From an uncultured Acidobacteriota bacterium (GTDB lineage Bacteria; Acidobacteriota; Thermoanaerobaculia; Gp7-AA8), in NCBI GenBank assembly GCA_963822445.1, contig CAWGHO010000002.1:640001-704000 (forward strand): a DNA stretch of 64,000 nt, in the 5' to 3' direction. Under the pieces are notes generated by a model, which was not told where the DNA came from, made no database searches, and saw only the letters and a list, made by a program, of their open reading frames with translations. Below, piece by piece: positions 47,703 through 63,375 of this stretch; within the stretch, counting starts at the first letter, position 1; the number at the start of each line of letters is the position of its first letter. The translations under genes and the position numbers were made by a program.

Positions 47703-48998
47703 ATTCGGTGGCGGCGGCTCCGTCGTCGTCGTGTCCGTTTTCGGCGGGGGCGGAGTCGCGACGGTTTCCGTGATGGTGATGGAGACCGGCTCCTGGGCCC
47801 GCGGCATGGTCTCGGCCGGAGGCAACGGCGTGATGGCCGGCGCCTTCTGGGACTCGTCGTACCGCTTCTCGATTCCGGCCTGCTGCCGGTTGCGGATCAG
47901 CCAGCGCAGGAGCTTCGATTCGTTGATGCCGATCAGGATGTCGTTGACCGATTCGTAGAGCGACGGGTCGGAGATCAGCTTGCCCGCCGTCCCTTCGCCG
48001 TTGTTGATCTTGGCAACGGCTTCGTTGAGCTGCTTCGAAAGAAGGGCGAATTCGGCGAGGGCCTGATCGCCGTAAGCCTTGTCGTTCAGCAGCCGCGGCA
48101 ACAATCCCTGCCCGGTCTGCACGGAATCCATGAACGACGACAGGTTCGTCGACGTGACCCGCAGGTTCTCCACGATCTCGTAAACGCGGCGCTTGCCCTC
48201 GGGATCGTTCAGCAGCGCGGGGAGCATGCCGTCGTTCGTCTCGAAACCGCGCTGCACGCTGGCGGCGACGGTCTGCATCGACTGCGCGGCGCTGCCGATC
48301 GAGGCCGTGAGCTGCTCGCCGTACTTGTCGTCGTAAATCAGCTTGCCGACCACACCCTTGCCGCTCTCGATGTGCGCGAGGGCAGCGTTGGTCTTGTTGA
48401 GCGTGGTCAGGAACGTGTCCGTGAGGCGCTGCTTCGTTTCCGGCGCGGTGGTGATCTCGCCGAGGAGACCTTCGCCACGGTCGACGCGCTGGAGGATGTT
48501 CTTCAGCGAATACGAAATCTGCACGAGGTTGTCGACGAGGTCCTCACCCGAGGAGATGATCGATTCGACGTCGGTCTGCCGTTGCGAGGGAATCACGGAG
48601 CCGGGATCGAGCTCGGGAAACCGGAGCGTTCCCGGACTCACGTCGAGATACGCGTCGCCGGTGAGCAGGCCGAGCTTCTTCATGCGCACGCGCGAGTCGC
48701 CGCGCACGCGCTCGGAAAACTTGCGATCGATCATGACCACGATCTCGACGCTCTTCTGCTTCGGGTCGACGGGCAGCTTGATCTCGCGGATCACGCCGAT
48801 GGTCACGCCCGACATCTTCACCGGGTTCCCCTCGGCCAGACCGGTCACGTTCTCCAGCCGCACGTCGTACTCGTTCTTGCGGGCGAAGATCTTCTGTTCC
48901 GATCCGATGAAGAACAAGAACACCATCAGGAGGAACAGCGCGATGGTCACGAACAGACCGACGCGGGTATTTTTGTGTGTCGATGTCTTGGTGGGCAT
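47697..48998 (-). CDS. mlaD: MlaD/MCE family protein with a long helical extension
   Basis: N-terminal TM, GLAEGNPVKMSGVTIGVI MCE motif, GLLTGDAYLDVSPG, and GxGxxGKLI.D repeats. Confidence 0.88.
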   Translation of the reverse strand: MPTKTSTHKNTRVGLFVTIALFLLMVFLFFIGSEQKIFARKNEYDVRLENVTGLAEGNPVKMSGVTIGVIREIKLPVDPKQKSVEIVVMIDRKFSERVRGDSRVRMKKLGLLTGDAYLDVSPGTLRFPELDPGSVIPSQRQTDVESIISSGEDLVDNLVQISYSLKNILQRVDRGEGLLGEITTAPETKQRLTDTFLTTLNKTNAALAHIESGKGVVGKLIYDDKYGEQLTASIGSAAQSMQTVAASVQRGFETNDGMLPALLNDPEGKRRVYEIVENLRVTSTNLSSFMDSVQTGQGLLPRLLNDKAYGDQALAEFALLSKQLNEAVAKINNGEGTAGKLISDPSLYESVNDILIGINESKLLRWLIRNRQQAGIEKRYDESQKAPAITPLPPAETMPRAQEPVSITITETVATPPPPKTDTTTTEPPPPNQ

Positions 48999-48999
48999 A

Positions 49000-49833
49000 T
49001 CAGGATTTCTTCGACGGCTGAGCCGCCACAACCGCGCTGGCTTTCAAAAATTCGCGCAGCTTCGGATGATCGGAGTCCCGGGCGTCGTCCATGGTACCGA
49101 TCCATTCGAACACGCCCTGGTTGAGAAAGGCGACACGGTCGCCGACGGAAAACGCGGAGTGGATGTCGTGGGTGACCACGACCGAGGTGACGTTGAGCTT
49201 GGCCTGGAGATCGACGATCAGCTCGTTGATGGTCTGCGCGGTAATCGGATCGAGGCCGGTCGTCGGCTCGTCGTAGAGGATCACTTTCGGGTCGAGCACG
49301 ATCGAGCGCGCCAGACCGACGCGCTTGCGCATGCCGCCCGAGAGGTCGACCGGCATCAGATGCTCGGTGTGCGGCAGGTTCACCAGCTCCAGCTTTTCGC
49401 GCACGGCTCGGGCGATCTCTTCATCGCTCATTTCCGTGTGCTCGCGCAGGGGAAAAGCGATGTTCTCGAAGACGTTCATCGAATCGAAGAGCGCGGCGCT
49501 CTGGAACAGCATCCCGAACTTCTTCCGGACCCGGTACAGCTCTTCTTCCGGAAGATCGGTGATGTCCTCTTCCTCGACGATCACCCGGCCGCGATCCGGC
49601 GCCTCGAGGCCGAGCATGTGCCGGAGCGTGACCGACTTGCCCGTGCCCGACCCGCCCATGATGACCACCACTTCGCCGCGATACACCTTGACGCTCGCCC
49701 CGCGCAGAACCTGCTTGGCGCCGTAGGCCTTGTGCACGTCGACGAACTCGACGAACGGATCGCGCGGCTGGCGGCGCCGGTCGGTCGTGCCCCGCTCCAG
49801 CGCACGGCGGTCGGTGATTGTTACGTCGGTCAT
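49000..49833 (-). CDS. mlaF: MlaF-like ABC ATPase
   Basis: GGSGTGKS, FQSAALFDS, LSGGMRKRVGLAR and YDEPTTGLDP motifs. Confidence 0.92.
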   Translation of the reverse strand: MTDVTITDRRALERGTTDRRRQPRDPFVEFVDVHKAYGAKQVLRGASVKVYRGEVVVIMGGSGTGKSVTLRHMLGLEAPDRGRVIVEEEDITDLPEEELYRVRKKFGMLFQSAALFDSMNVFENIAFPLREHTEMSDEEIARAVREKLELVNLPHTEHLMPVDLSGGMRKRVGLARSIVLDPKVILYDEPTTGLDPITAQTINELIVDLQAKLNVTSVVVTHDIHSAFSVGDRVAFLNQGVFEWIGTMDDARDSDHPKLREFLKASAVVAAQPSKKS

Positions 49834-50642
49834 CAGAAGAGGAGAAGGAAGAGCTTAGTGAGAAAGAAGTCCATGATCAAAACGGTGATCGCGCCGGTCA
49901 CGACGGTCATCGTGGTCGCGCGGCCCACGCCGTCCGCGCCGCCGGATGTCCGCAATCCGTTGTAGCAGGCGATCAGAGCGATCGAGAAGCCGAAGAAGAA
50001 GGTCTTGAAGATCCCCGAGGCCAGGTCGTTGTACTTCACGCTCTCGATGACGCTGCGCAGGTAGTAGTTCGCGCTGAGATTGAGGTTCGCGACGGCGATG
50101 AGCATGCCGCCGAGGATGCCCAGGGCCATGGAGATGATGGTCAACAGCGGAAACATGATCGTCGTGGCCAGCACCCGCGGCACGACGAGCTTGCGCACGG
50201 GATTCGTCGCAAGCGCGCGGAGCGCGTCGATCTGCTCGGTCACTTTCATCGTGCCGATCTCCGCGGTCATGCCCGCGCCGACGCGTCCGCCGACCATCAG
50301 CGACATGAGAACCGGCGCGAGCTCGCGAACGAGCGAAAGAGACACGATCGTGCCGACGAACATCTTTCCGCCGAAGTCCGACAGCGCGTATGCCGTCTGA
50401 AGCGCGAGCACCATCCCGATGAATGCCGAGGTGATGATGACGATCGACAGCGAGCGGACGCCGATCTGATCGAACTGGGCCATGAGCAGCGGCCGCTCGA
50501 TCGGCCCGCGACGCGCCTGCTGAACGGTCTGCACCGCAAGGTCGGCCAGCTCGCCGATCTGATTCATCGAGACCTCGAACTTCGCCCGAAGCCGGGTGAT
50601 CAGGCTCTCCTGCGGCGGCTGTTCGATGACGGATGCGGTCAT
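49833..50642 (-). CDS. mlaE: MlaE-like ABC permease
   Basis: RELAPVL, GRVGAGMTAEIGTMKVTEQIDAL and GADGVGRATT; start MTASV at 50642. Confidence 0.93.
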   Translation of the reverse strand: MTASVIEQPPQESLITRLRAKFEVSMNQIGELADLAVQTVQQARRGPIERPLLMAQFDQIGVRSLSIVIITSAFIGMVLALQTAYALSDFGGKMFVGTIVSLSLVRELAPVLMSLMVGGRVGAGMTAEIGTMKVTEQIDALRALATNPVRKLVVPRVLATTIMFPLLTIISMALGILGGMLIAVANLNLSANYYLRSVIESVKYNDLASGIFKTFFFGFSIALIACYNGLRTSGGADGVGRATTMTVVTGAITVLIMDFFLTKLFLLLF

Positions 50643-50692
50643 GACGATTTGCTCATTGGCGGATGCGAAGTGTAACGGGCCCCTGCTGTTTT

Positions 50693-53143
50693 CTAGTCGT
50701 CGCCGAAAATCCGGCGCAAAAGCTTCTTGATCGAGTTTTCCCGCTCCCGCGCCCGCCTCCGCTCCAGCTCCGCCCGCCGCTGCGCCTCGGCCGGATCGAC
50801 AATCGGCTGATCGATACCGGACTCGAGCATTGGAGACTCGTTCCAGAACGGGCTCGGCTCGCCGCTGCCGGCGTGCAGAGGACATACGGACCGGGGCTCC
50901 GTTCCGTCGACATAAATCTCGGTGCGTGTATCCGGACAGTACGGCGTGGCGAGATAGCCGGACTGCGGATCGATCTCGCGCTGGGTCACGTCGTCGGGGC
51001 GCCGCCAGTCGACGTCGGGGACGAGGCCGTCGATCCTGTTCATGTGCCGCGTCCAGATCGGAAGACAGGCGTCGCCGCCGGCCAGACGCACGCTCTTGCC
51101 GTCGTCGAAGCCGACCCAGACCAGCGTGAGGATTCGCGGCGAGTAGCCGATCAGCCAGGCGTCGCGATAGTTGTTGGTCGTGCCGGTCTTGCCCGCGAAC
51201 TCGTCTTCGAAGCCGAGCGATCGCGCGCGGCCGGCCGTGCCGTAGGTGAAGACGTCTTTGAGGACGTCGTTCATCACGTAGCAGACCGAGGCTGGTGCGA
51301 CGCGCTTCATCTTCACGTCCCGGCTTTCCATCACCGTTCCGTCGCGCTTGACGACGGCCAGCGTCGATACCGGTTCGGCTTTCACGCCCATGTTCGCGAA
51401 GACGGAGTAGGCGTAGGCGATCTCGAGCGGGGTCACTTCGAAGGAGCCGAGAGAGATGGATGGATACGGCTGGAGGCGGCTCTCGACGCCGATGTTCGTC
51501 GCGGTCTTGATGATGTTCGGAACGCCCGCGTCCATCGCCGCGCGAACCGCGGGGATGTTGTACGAGTGCGCCAGTGCCTCGCGCAGGGTCACCCGTCCGT
51601 GGAAGCGGTTGTCGTAATTCTGCGGCTCCCACATCGTGCTGCCCGACTTGATGCTGAGCGGCGAGTCGTCGAGGACCGTCGAAGCCGTGAGTGCAGCATC
51701 ACCGCGCGCGGGATCCATCGCCGTCACGTAAACGAACGGCTTGAACAGCGATCCCGGCTGGCGTCGCGCCTGAATGGCGCGATTGAACTGGGTCTTGCCG
51801 TAGTTGCGGCCGCCGACCAGCGCTTTGACGTACCCGGTACCCGGCTCGATCGTCAGTACGACGCCTTCGAGCGGCGACGCGGAGGTCTTGATGTACTTGT
51901 AACGGCGGGTCAGGTTGGCGATGCCGTTGTCCAGAGCCTCTTCCGCCGATCGCTGCATGATCGTGTCGAGCGTCGTGAAGATGCGCAGGCCCTCGGTCTT
52001 GAGCTGCGTCTCGGGATACGTCTCGCGCAACTGCTTGAGCACGAGGTCGACGAAGAACGGCGCGCTACGCGAGGTTTTGGGGAAGCGCGTCACGGTCAGC
52101 GGCGACGCGATCGCTTCCCCGTACTCGCGCTCGCTGATCTTGCCGGTCTCCTGCATCAGCCGCAGGGCCATGTCCCGGCGCTTCTTTGCGCGGCCGGGAT
52201 TGCGCAGCGGCGAGTTCACGTTCGGGGAGCTGATCATCTGTGCGAGCGTCGCCGACTCAGGCAACGTCAGGTAGGTGACCTTCTTGCCGAAGTAAACCTG
52301 GGAGGCCTGCTGCACGCCGAGGATCTGCACGGAGCCGTTCTGGCCGAGGTAGATCTCGTTGAGGTAGGCCTCGAGGATCTCGTCCTTCGAGTAGCGGATC
52401 TCCAGCAGCACCGCCATCACCGCCTCGATCGCCTTGCGCCTGTACTTGCGATCGGGGCTGAGAAAGAGGTTCTTCACGAGCTGCTGGGTCAGGGTCGAGC
52501 CGCCGACTGTCGTCTCGTTGCGGATGTTCCACCAGATCGCGCGGATGATGCCGCGCGGCGACACGCCGGCATGCGAATAAAACCCGCGATCCTCGGTGGT
52601 GATGATCGCGTCGATGAGCGTCTTCGGGACCGCATCGAGTGCGACGGGAACACGATCCTCCATGTTGTTGTCGTAGATCGAGGTGATCAGCTCGGGCTCG
52701 ATCCGCGCGCCGCGCAAGGTGATGCCGTCGGTGAGGCGCTTGATCGAGCGGACCGTTGCGCCGTTCATCTCGACCATCACCGGCATGGCGTGAAACTCCA
52801 TGTCCGGGTATTCGAAGTTGTTGAGGAAGATCTCCAGATCGTCGCCGACGTAGCGGTACTCGCCGGGATTCTCGACGCGCCTCTTCACCTCGCGATAGCC
52901 GACGTGGTTCAGCTTCGGTTCGAGGACCGCTCGCGCGTACGCGATGCCGGGGACCAGCGGAGTGGAATCGGAGTAAACGCGGCTGGGCAGGTCCCACCGC
53001 GCGGCCGACTCGAATTTTTTGGTGATGACGACGTAGGTGTAGCCGACGAACCCGATGAAGGCCACGAAGACCAGCATCACCAGGAAGGCGATGCCGGCCG
53101 AGTGACGCCAGAAGAAATCCTTGATTCTCGAGCGCTTGGCCAT
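50693..53143 (-). CDS. Class A penicillin-binding protein (PBP1B-like, with a UB2H-like domain)
   Basis: Transglycosylase EDRGFYSH, GGSTLTQQLVKN, YLNEIYLG; transpeptidase SLFK, SYN and KTGT. Confidence 0.93.
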   Translation of the reverse strand: MAKRSRIKDFFWRHSAGIAFLVMLVFVAFIGFVGYTYVVITKKFESAARWDLPSRVYSDSTPLVPGIAYARAVLEPKLNHVGYREVKRRVENPGEYRYVGDDLEIFLNNFEYPDMEFHAMPVMVEMNGATVRSIKRLTDGITLRGARIEPELITSIYDNNMEDRVPVALDAVPKTLIDAIITTEDRGFYSHAGVSPRGIIRAIWWNIRNETTVGGSTLTQQLVKNLFLSPDRKYRRKAIEAVMAVLLEIRYSKDEILEAYLNEIYLGQNGSVQILGVQQASQVYFGKKVTYLTLPESATLAQMISSPNVNSPLRNPGRAKKRRDMALRLMQETGKISEREYGEAIASPLTVTRFPKTSRSAPFFVDLVLKQLRETYPETQLKTEGLRIFTTLDTIMQRSAEEALDNGIANLTRRYKYIKTSASPLEGVVLTIEPGTGYVKALVGGRNYGKTQFNRAIQARRQPGSLFKPFVYVTAMDPARGDAALTASTVLDDSPLSIKSGSTMWEPQNYDNRFHGRVTLREALAHSYNIPAVRAAMDAGVPNIIKTATNIGVESRLQPYPSISLGSFEVTPLEIAYAYSVFANMGVKAEPVSTLAVVKRDGTVMESRDVKMKRVAPASVCYVMNDVLKDVFTYGTAGRARSLGFEDEFAGKTGTTNNYRDAWLIGYSPRILTLVWVGFDDGKSVRLAGGDACLPIWTRHMNRIDGLVPDVDWRRPDDVTQREIDPQSGYLATPYCPDTRTEIYVDGTEPRSVCPLHAGSGEPSPFWNESPMLESGIDQPIVDPAEAQRRAELERRRARERENSIKKLLRRIFGDD

Positions 53144-53185
53144 CAGGTCGTCAGGTTGAACACGGCGGCGATGGCCGTCATTGCA

Positions 53186-55342
<2,157 letters not shown>

Positions 55343-55351
55343 AGCGTTCAA

Positions 55352-55437
55352 GTGATGAGGGATGAGTGATGAGGGATGAGTAGAGGCGGCGATGAGCAAA
55401 TGCTCTTACTCATCCCTCATCCCTCATCCCTCATTAC
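55352..55437. repeat. Inverted tandem-heptamer hairpin, unit KGATGAG
   Basis: GTGATGAG GGATGAG TGATGAG GGATGAG TA ... TACTCATCC CTCATCC CTCATCC CTCATTAC. Confidence 0.9.
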
Positions 55438-55440
55438 TTT

Positions 55441-56937
<1,497 letters not shown>

Positions 56938-56954
56938 TGGGTGTTCCTTCGATT

Positions 56955-57536
56955 TCACAGCCGGCTGAAGATCTCGCGCCGGATCTGGTCGATTCCCTTC
57001 TTCGTGACCGACGACGCCGCGATGAGTTGCGAGTCGTCGACTTGAAGCTCTTTGGAGATTTCCCGCCGCGCCGCGGCGAGTTGATTGTTGGAAAGCTTGT
57101 CGCTCTTGGTCAGGACGACCCGCTCTTCGAAGCTCATCGAGCGGGCCCACTCGTGCATCTGCAGATCGTGCTCGCCGGGCTGCGTGCGCCGCACGTCGAG
57201 GAGTAGAAAGATCACTTTCAGCATGTCCGCGCTCTGGAGATAACCGCGCACCAGATCGCCCCAGGTCGAGGCCATGCTCTTCGGTACTTTTGCGTAGCCG
57301 TAACCGGGTAGATCGACGATGTAAAACTTTTCGTTCACCAGATAGAACTGAACCGCCTGCGTTTTGCCGGGAGTCTGGCTGACGCGGGCAATGCCCTTCC
57401 GATTGAGGACGGCGTTGATCAGGCTGGATTTGCCGACGTTGGAACGGCCGACCATGGCGAACTGCGGTCGCCCGTCACGCGGAAAATCGTCAGCCTGGTA
57501 CGCCGCCCGATGGAACGCAACTGACCGAATGTCCAA
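56955..57536 (-). CDS. engB: Ribosome biogenesis GTP-binding protein YihA/YsxC
   Basis: [25 protein letters not shown] and TKSDK; located downstream of lon. Confidence 0.95.
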   Translation of the reverse strand: MDIRSVAFHRAAYQADDFPRDGRPQFAMVGRSNVGKSSLINAVLNRKGIARVSQTPGKTQAVQFYLVNEKFYIVDLPGYGYAKVPKSMASTWGDLVRGYLQSADMLKVIFLLLDVRRTQPGEHDLQMHEWARSMSFEERVVLTKSDKLSNNQLAAARREISKELQVDDSQLIAASSVTKKGIDQIRREIFSRL

Positions 57537-57650
57537 AATGTGTGTGTGCTGTAACTACGGATATCCGGAGGACCGGATACTGGATTGGCTCTTTGCGGGA
57601 AGTGCAGTGCTTCGGGGTGCTACCGGCAGCTTGTGTGGTGAACGCGGGAG

Positions 57651-57679
57651 ATTGTGAGGATATTCAGGAGCGGTGTCAA
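57651..57679 (-). promoter_or_regulatory. Sigma70-type promoter for engB-rho
   Basis: Minus strand TTGACA (57679-74), 17 nt, CACAAT (57656-51). Confidence 0.65.
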
Positions 57680-57683
57680 TGAG

Positions 57684-57718
57684 CGGGGACCGGCGCGCTG
57701 GCGAGCTGCCGGTCCCCG
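57684..57718 (-). terminator. Stem-loop after lon
   Basis: CGGGGACCGGC/GCCGGTCCCCG 11-bp stem 6 nt after the lon stop; no clear U-tract. Confidence 0.5.
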
Positions 57719-57724
57719 GATTAC

Positions 57725-60130
57725 CTAGTGCGTAACGGGGGTGTCCGGCGAAATGACTTTCTCGGGCTCCGGGAGTTTTTCCTTCGCAGCCAATGGAACA
57801 ATCGTGCCATCGAGCGCGAGCGTGGTGACCTCGTCCATCGACTCCACGAGGTTGAATTCCATCTTGTCCCGGACGTCCTGCGGGATGTCATCGAGGTCGC
57901 GCTCGTTCTCCGCGGGGAGGATCACCCGGTTGATGCCGGCGCGCGCCGCGGCGAGCACTTTGTCCTTCACGCCGCCGACCGGCAGGACCTTGCCGCGCAA
58001 CGTGATCTCGCCGGTCATGGCGATGTCGCGATGGACGGGGATTTTCGTGACCGCCGAAAGCAGCGCGGTTGCCATGGTGATGCCCGCGCTCGGTCCATCC
58101 TTCGGAATCGCTCCCTCGGGCACATGGATGTGAATGTCCATCGACGCGTGGAAATCGGGATCGAGCCCGAACAACTCCGCGCGGGACCGCACGTACGACA
58201 GCGCGGCGCGAGCTGATTCCTGCATGACATCACCGAGCTTGCCGGTGAGCGTCAGATTGCCTTTGCCGCGCGAGAGCGCGACTTCAGTCGTCAGAATCTC
58301 GCCGCCGACTTCCGTCCAGGCCAGCCCCGTGGCCAGGCCGACTTCAGCGCTGTCATGGATCTGGTGCGAGCGGTACTTCGCTTTGCCGAGGAGCTCGCGG
58401 ACTTTGGGGCGGTCGATGGTGGTCGTGAAATCGGGACCCTGCTTGACCACCTGACGGGCGATCTTGCGCAGCACCGAGCCGACCTCGCGCTCGAGACCGC
58501 GCACACCAGCCTCGCGCGTGTAGCTGTCGATCAGCTCTTCGAGCGCGTTGTCCTCGAACTTGATCTTCGCGTCCTCGAGGCCCTGCTCCGACTTCTGCTT
58601 CGAGACCAGGAACTGCCGGGCGATGGCCAGCTTCTCGAGATGCGTGTAGCCGGAGAGCTGGATGATCTCCATGCGGTCCTTGAGAGGCGCAGGAATGGTG
58701 TGGGTGACGTTGGCGGTGGCGATGAACATGACCTTGGAGAGGTCGTACTCGACGTCGAGGTAATGATCGACGAAGGAGTTGTTCTGCTCGGGATCGAGCA
58801 CTTCCAGCAGCGCTGCCGAAGGATCGCCGCGGAAGTCCATCGACATCTTGTCGACTTCATCGAGAAGGAAGACCGGATTGACAGTGCCGGCCTTCTTCAT
58901 CCGCTGGATGATCTGTCCCGGGAACGCGCCGATGTACGTGCGGCGATGACCGCGGATCTCGGCTTCATCCCGAACGCCGCCCAGTGAAAGGCGGACGAAC
59001 TTGCGGCCGGTGGCGCGGGCGATCGACTTCGCGAGCGAGGTCTTGCCGACGCCGGGAGGTCCGACGAAGCAGAGGATCGTGCCCTTGGGCTGCTTCACGA
59101 GCTGGCGCACGGCCAGGAACTCGATGATGCGGTCTTTGATCTTCTCGAGGCCGAAGTGGTCCTCGTTGAGGATCTGCTCGGCCAGCTCGATGTCCTTGAT
59201 CTCCTTGGATGCTTTCTTCCAGGGCACGGATACGAGCCACTCGATGTAGTTCCGCGAGACGGTCGCCTCGGCGGAAACACCGGGCATGGCCTCGAGACGC
59301 TTGAGCTCCTGCAGAGCCTTTTCCTTCGTCTCCTTGGGCATGCCCGCTTCTTCGATTTTCTGGCGGAGCTCTTCGATCTCGTCCGAGCGGTCGTCCTTGC
59401 GTCCGAGCTCGTGATGGATCGCCTTGATCTTCTCGTTGAGGTAGTACTCCTTCTGGGCGCGCTCCATCTGCTTCTTGACCTTGGAGTTGATGCGCTTGTC
59501 GATGTTGATCTTTTCGATCTCGATCTCGATGAAGTCCTGCAGCTTCTGCAGGCGCTCGTAAGGCGAAGGGGTCTCGAGAAGCTGCTGCTTCTCGGTGGTG
59601 GTGATGAGCAGGTGCGAGGCGAGTGTGTCCGCGAACTTGTCGGGATCGTCGAGCTTGAGCGTCGACATCACGCCTTCGAAGGCGAGGTGATGGGACATCT
59701 TCGCGTACTGCTCGAAGATCTCCATCAGCTTCTGCATGTACTGCGAGACCTCGGGGGTCAGCGGGTACTTGGTGTCGATCTCGCGGACGGCGACGGTGGC
59801 GTAGCCGTTGGTGTCCTCGACGGAAACGATCTCGCCGCGGGTGAGCCCCTCGACCATCACTTTGACGTTCTGGTTGGGGAGCTTGAGGTTCTGAACGACG
59901 GTCGCGATCACGCCGACGTGGTAGATCTCGGTCATCGACGGATCGTCGACTTTGGGGTCTTTCTGAGTGGCCAGAAAGATCTTCTTCTCGGTGGTGGCCA
60001 GCGTCGCTTCGAGGGCCAGAATCGAGGCCCTTCGCCCGACGACGAACGGCGCCATCATCGAGGGAAACACGACCATGTCGCGAAGAGGGACGAGTGGGAG
60101 TTGGAGGATACGCGTCTCTGGAGTGGACAT
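57725..60130 (-). CDS. lon: ATP-dependent Lon protease
   Basis: [35 protein letters not shown] (catalytic Ser) and GGVKDK motifs. Confidence 0.98.
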   Translation of the reverse strand: MSTPETRILQLPLVPLRDMVVFPSMMAPFVVGRRASILALEATLATTEKKIFLATQKDPKVDDPSMTEIYHVGVIATVVQNLKLPNQNVKVMVEGLTRGEIVSVEDTNGYATVAVREIDTKYPLTPEVSQYMQKLMEIFEQYAKMSHHLAFEGVMSTLKLDDPDKFADTLASHLLITTTEKQQLLETPSPYERLQKLQDFIEIEIEKINIDKRINSKVKKQMERAQKEYYLNEKIKAIHHELGRKDDRSDEIEELRQKIEEAGMPKETKEKALQELKRLEAMPGVSAEATVSRNYIEWLVSVPWKKASKEIKDIELAEQILNEDHFGLEKIKDRIIEFLAVRQLVKQPKGTILCFVGPPGVGKTSLAKSIARATGRKFVRLSLGGVRDEAEIRGHRRTYIGAFPGQIIQRMKKAGTVNPVFLLDEVDKMSMDFRGDPSAALLEVLDPEQNNSFVDHYLDVEYDLSKVMFIATANVTHTIPAPLKDRMEIIQLSGYTHLEKLAIARQFLVSKQKSEQGLEDAKIKFEDNALEELIDSYTREAGVRGLEREVGSVLRKIARQVVKQGPDFTTTIDRPKVRELLGKAKYRSHQIHDSAEVGLATGLAWTEVGGEILTTEVALSRGKGNLTLTGKLGDVMQESARAALSYVRSRAELFGLDPDFHASMDIHIHVPEGAIPKDGPSAGITMATALLSAVTKIPVHRDIAMTGEITLRGKVLPVGGVKDKVLAAARAGINRVILPAENERDLDDIPQDVRDKMEFNLVESMDEVTTLALDGTIVPLAAKEKLPEPEKVISPDTPVTH

Positions 60131-60176
60131 TACGGTCTGTTATACGCCGATTCCCCTCGAAAAACTTCCCGGGTGC

Positions 60177-61739
60177 TCACTGCACGACTTCGAATTGCCC
60201 CCGCCCGAAACCGGTGACGTCCTTGCCCACAACGCGCACGAGAGCCTTCGCGGAATAGCGGCCCGGTCCGAGACGGAAGTCGCGGCGGATCGTGTACGGA
60301 TTCGCTGTCAGGAAGTCCCGGCCTTTCTCGTGGTCGACGCGAACGCGGACCTGCGTCCAGGCGACCACGGCATTTGCCTGGTCGAAGACGTAGAGGAAGG
60401 CGTCCATCGTCGTAGCGCCATCGTTGCCGAGCGCGAGAACCTCGACGCCGGGGACCTGGGCGATCAGGGTCGTGTCGACACCGCTCGTTTCCGTCCGCAC
60501 GCCGACGGTCATTCCGTTCTGGGGGATGTCGTTCAGGATCGCGTCGGCCAGCAGCAGGCCGTCCGAGGCCTTCTCGCGCGGCGCGTTGGTCGAGTAGCCG
60601 AGACGATGGCGGACATGAGTGCCCAGCGGCTTGTTGCGAAGGCGGACATCGATCGTGTTCCAGCGCCTGTCGCTCCGCGGCGGACTAAAACCGAGGACGT
60701 AGGTGAGCTTCTGCAGCTCGCGAAGAGAATCGAAGGTTGTCGTGACCGTTCCGCCGGTCGGCACGGCCAGACCACGAAGAAACTCCGTTCCATCGGAGGC
60801 GGACCGCCCCCATGACGCGCGCAGTCCGCCGATATCGACCGCGTCGAGAACGACACCCGCCCTGCGGAACTTCGCGTGCGTCGAACTGATGGTGAACGCG
60901 AACTCCTCGGTCGGTCCTCCTTCGCGAAGGAGCACGACATGCTTCGCGCCTTCCAGTGGAGCGAGGCGATCGGCAAGATCGCCGAGAATCCTCAGCCAAT
61001 TTTCCGTCTCCCCCAGACGCAGCGCGCCATAGACCTTCGCTTCGTCCTTCCGGGCGTCCTGCAACACGCTGTACGACGCCATGTTCGACGCGACCCACAG
61101 TGAATCCTCGTCTTCAACAGAAGGTTCGGCCTCGCGGGCGTCGTCCGAGTCGGCGCGCTGGCGACCTGGATCCGGAAGCATCGGGCCGGCCCAGGCCATG
61201 CGCTCCCGGTCGAGTGTGGCGAGGTTCAGTGCGTCGCCGGACTGGCTCGCGCGAAGCGTGGCAACGGCGCGTTTCACGGCGATGCGGTCGGATGTGAAGG
61301 GGACGACGAACTCGATCCGGTTGTATCGCGCGACGGCGACGCCGAAGGTATCCCCGGCCGGCGCCGAATCGATGAAGGCCTGGGCCTTTTCCTTCGCGTT
61401 CTGGATCGCAAACGCCGTCGAGTTCATCGGATCGAAGAGCAGAAGCGAGAGCTTCCGGCGGCGGAGATCGCGTGGCGCCTCGGCCGGCGCCGGCGTGGCC
61501 GCCGCCACGGTCGTCTCGTCGATGACGTCGAAGTAGTCGATCGGGTGGGGTTTCCCGTTGACGAACAGCTCGAAGTCGTCCTTGGTCAGCCCTTCGACGG
61601 GCGCGCCGGTGACCCGGGTGACGTAGACCGGCACCTCGACGGCGCTGATGGTGATGCTCTCGGAGAGATTCTGGGCGTGGATCGATGAAGCAACTGCGAG
61701 GAGGAAGCAGAGGATCGAACGCGATTTCATGTCAGGCAA
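60177..61739 (-). CDS. Secreted VWA-related protein (acidobacterial VWFA-like)
   Basis: Signal peptide; VEVPVYVT..G.PVEGLTKDDFEL..G; GAKHVVLL; LAVPTGG; YVLGF; VRHRLGY. Confidence 0.78.
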   Translation of the reverse strand: MPDMKSRSILCFLLAVASSIHAQNLSESITISAVEVPVYVTRVTGAPVEGLTKDDFELFVNGKPHPIDYFDVIDETTVAAATPAPAEAPRDLRRRKLSLLLFDPMNSTAFAIQNAKEKAQAFIDSAPAGDTFGVAVARYNRIEFVVPFTSDRIAVKRAVATLRASQSGDALNLATLDRERMAWAGPMLPDPGRQRADSDDAREAEPSVEDEDSLWVASNMASYSVLQDARKDEAKVYGALRLGETENWLRILGDLADRLAPLEGAKHVVLLREGGPTEEFAFTISSTHAKFRRAGVVLDAVDIGGLRASWGRSASDGTEFLRGLAVPTGGTVTTTFDSLRELQKLTYVLGFSPPRSDRRWNTIDVRLRNKPLGTHVRHRLGYSTNAPREKASDGLLLADAILNDIPQNGMTVGVRTETSGVDTTLIAQVPGVEVLALGNDGATTMDAFLYVFDQANAVVAWTQVRVRVDHEKGRDFLTANPYTIRRDFRLGPGRYSAKALVRVVGKDVTGFGRGQFEVVQ

Positions 61740-61866
61740 CCTCGAGTTGAGATGGACGCCCCAACTGCGGCCGATGTGCCACTCACGTCCAGAGAGAAGT
61801 CCGGACTGATGGCAACGCGAACGCTACCTCGAGGTTACAGATGCGTCCTCGATCCATGACGCGCCT

Positions 61867-61896
61867 GAAACGCGAAACGCCGCCCGAAGGCGGCGT
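61867..61896 (-). terminator. Intrinsic terminator after clpX
   Basis: Minus strand ACGCCGCC-TTCG-GGCGGCGT followed by TTCGCGTTTC. Confidence 0.7.
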
Positions 61897-61919
61897 CGAG
61901 TGACTTCGCGTGAGTTGGA

Positions 61920-63170
<1,251 letters not shown>

Positions 63171-63254
63171 TCCGATTGGGTCCTTGCTCGTGAGGTCGCT
63201 CAAGATTGCTCCTGAGCGTCTTCCAAGTCAACTCGGCTCTGGTGGGCGGTATTT

Positions 63255-63357
63255 CAGTAGGCAGTAGGCAGCGGGCGGTAGGCAGTGGGCCACCACCCAA
63301 CCACGGATGTTTCGGGGGCGTGTGGCGGCCCCCTGCCTACTGCCCACTGCCCACTGC
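63255..63357. repeat. Inverted tandem-heptamer hairpin, unit CAGYRGG
   Basis: CAGTAGG CAGTAGG CAGCGGG CGGTAGG CAGTGGG ... CCCTGCCTA CTGCCCA CTGCCCA CTGC; same family as 47618-47702. Confidence 0.88.
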
Positions 63358-63375
63358 GAGGCGCGACGCGCCGTA

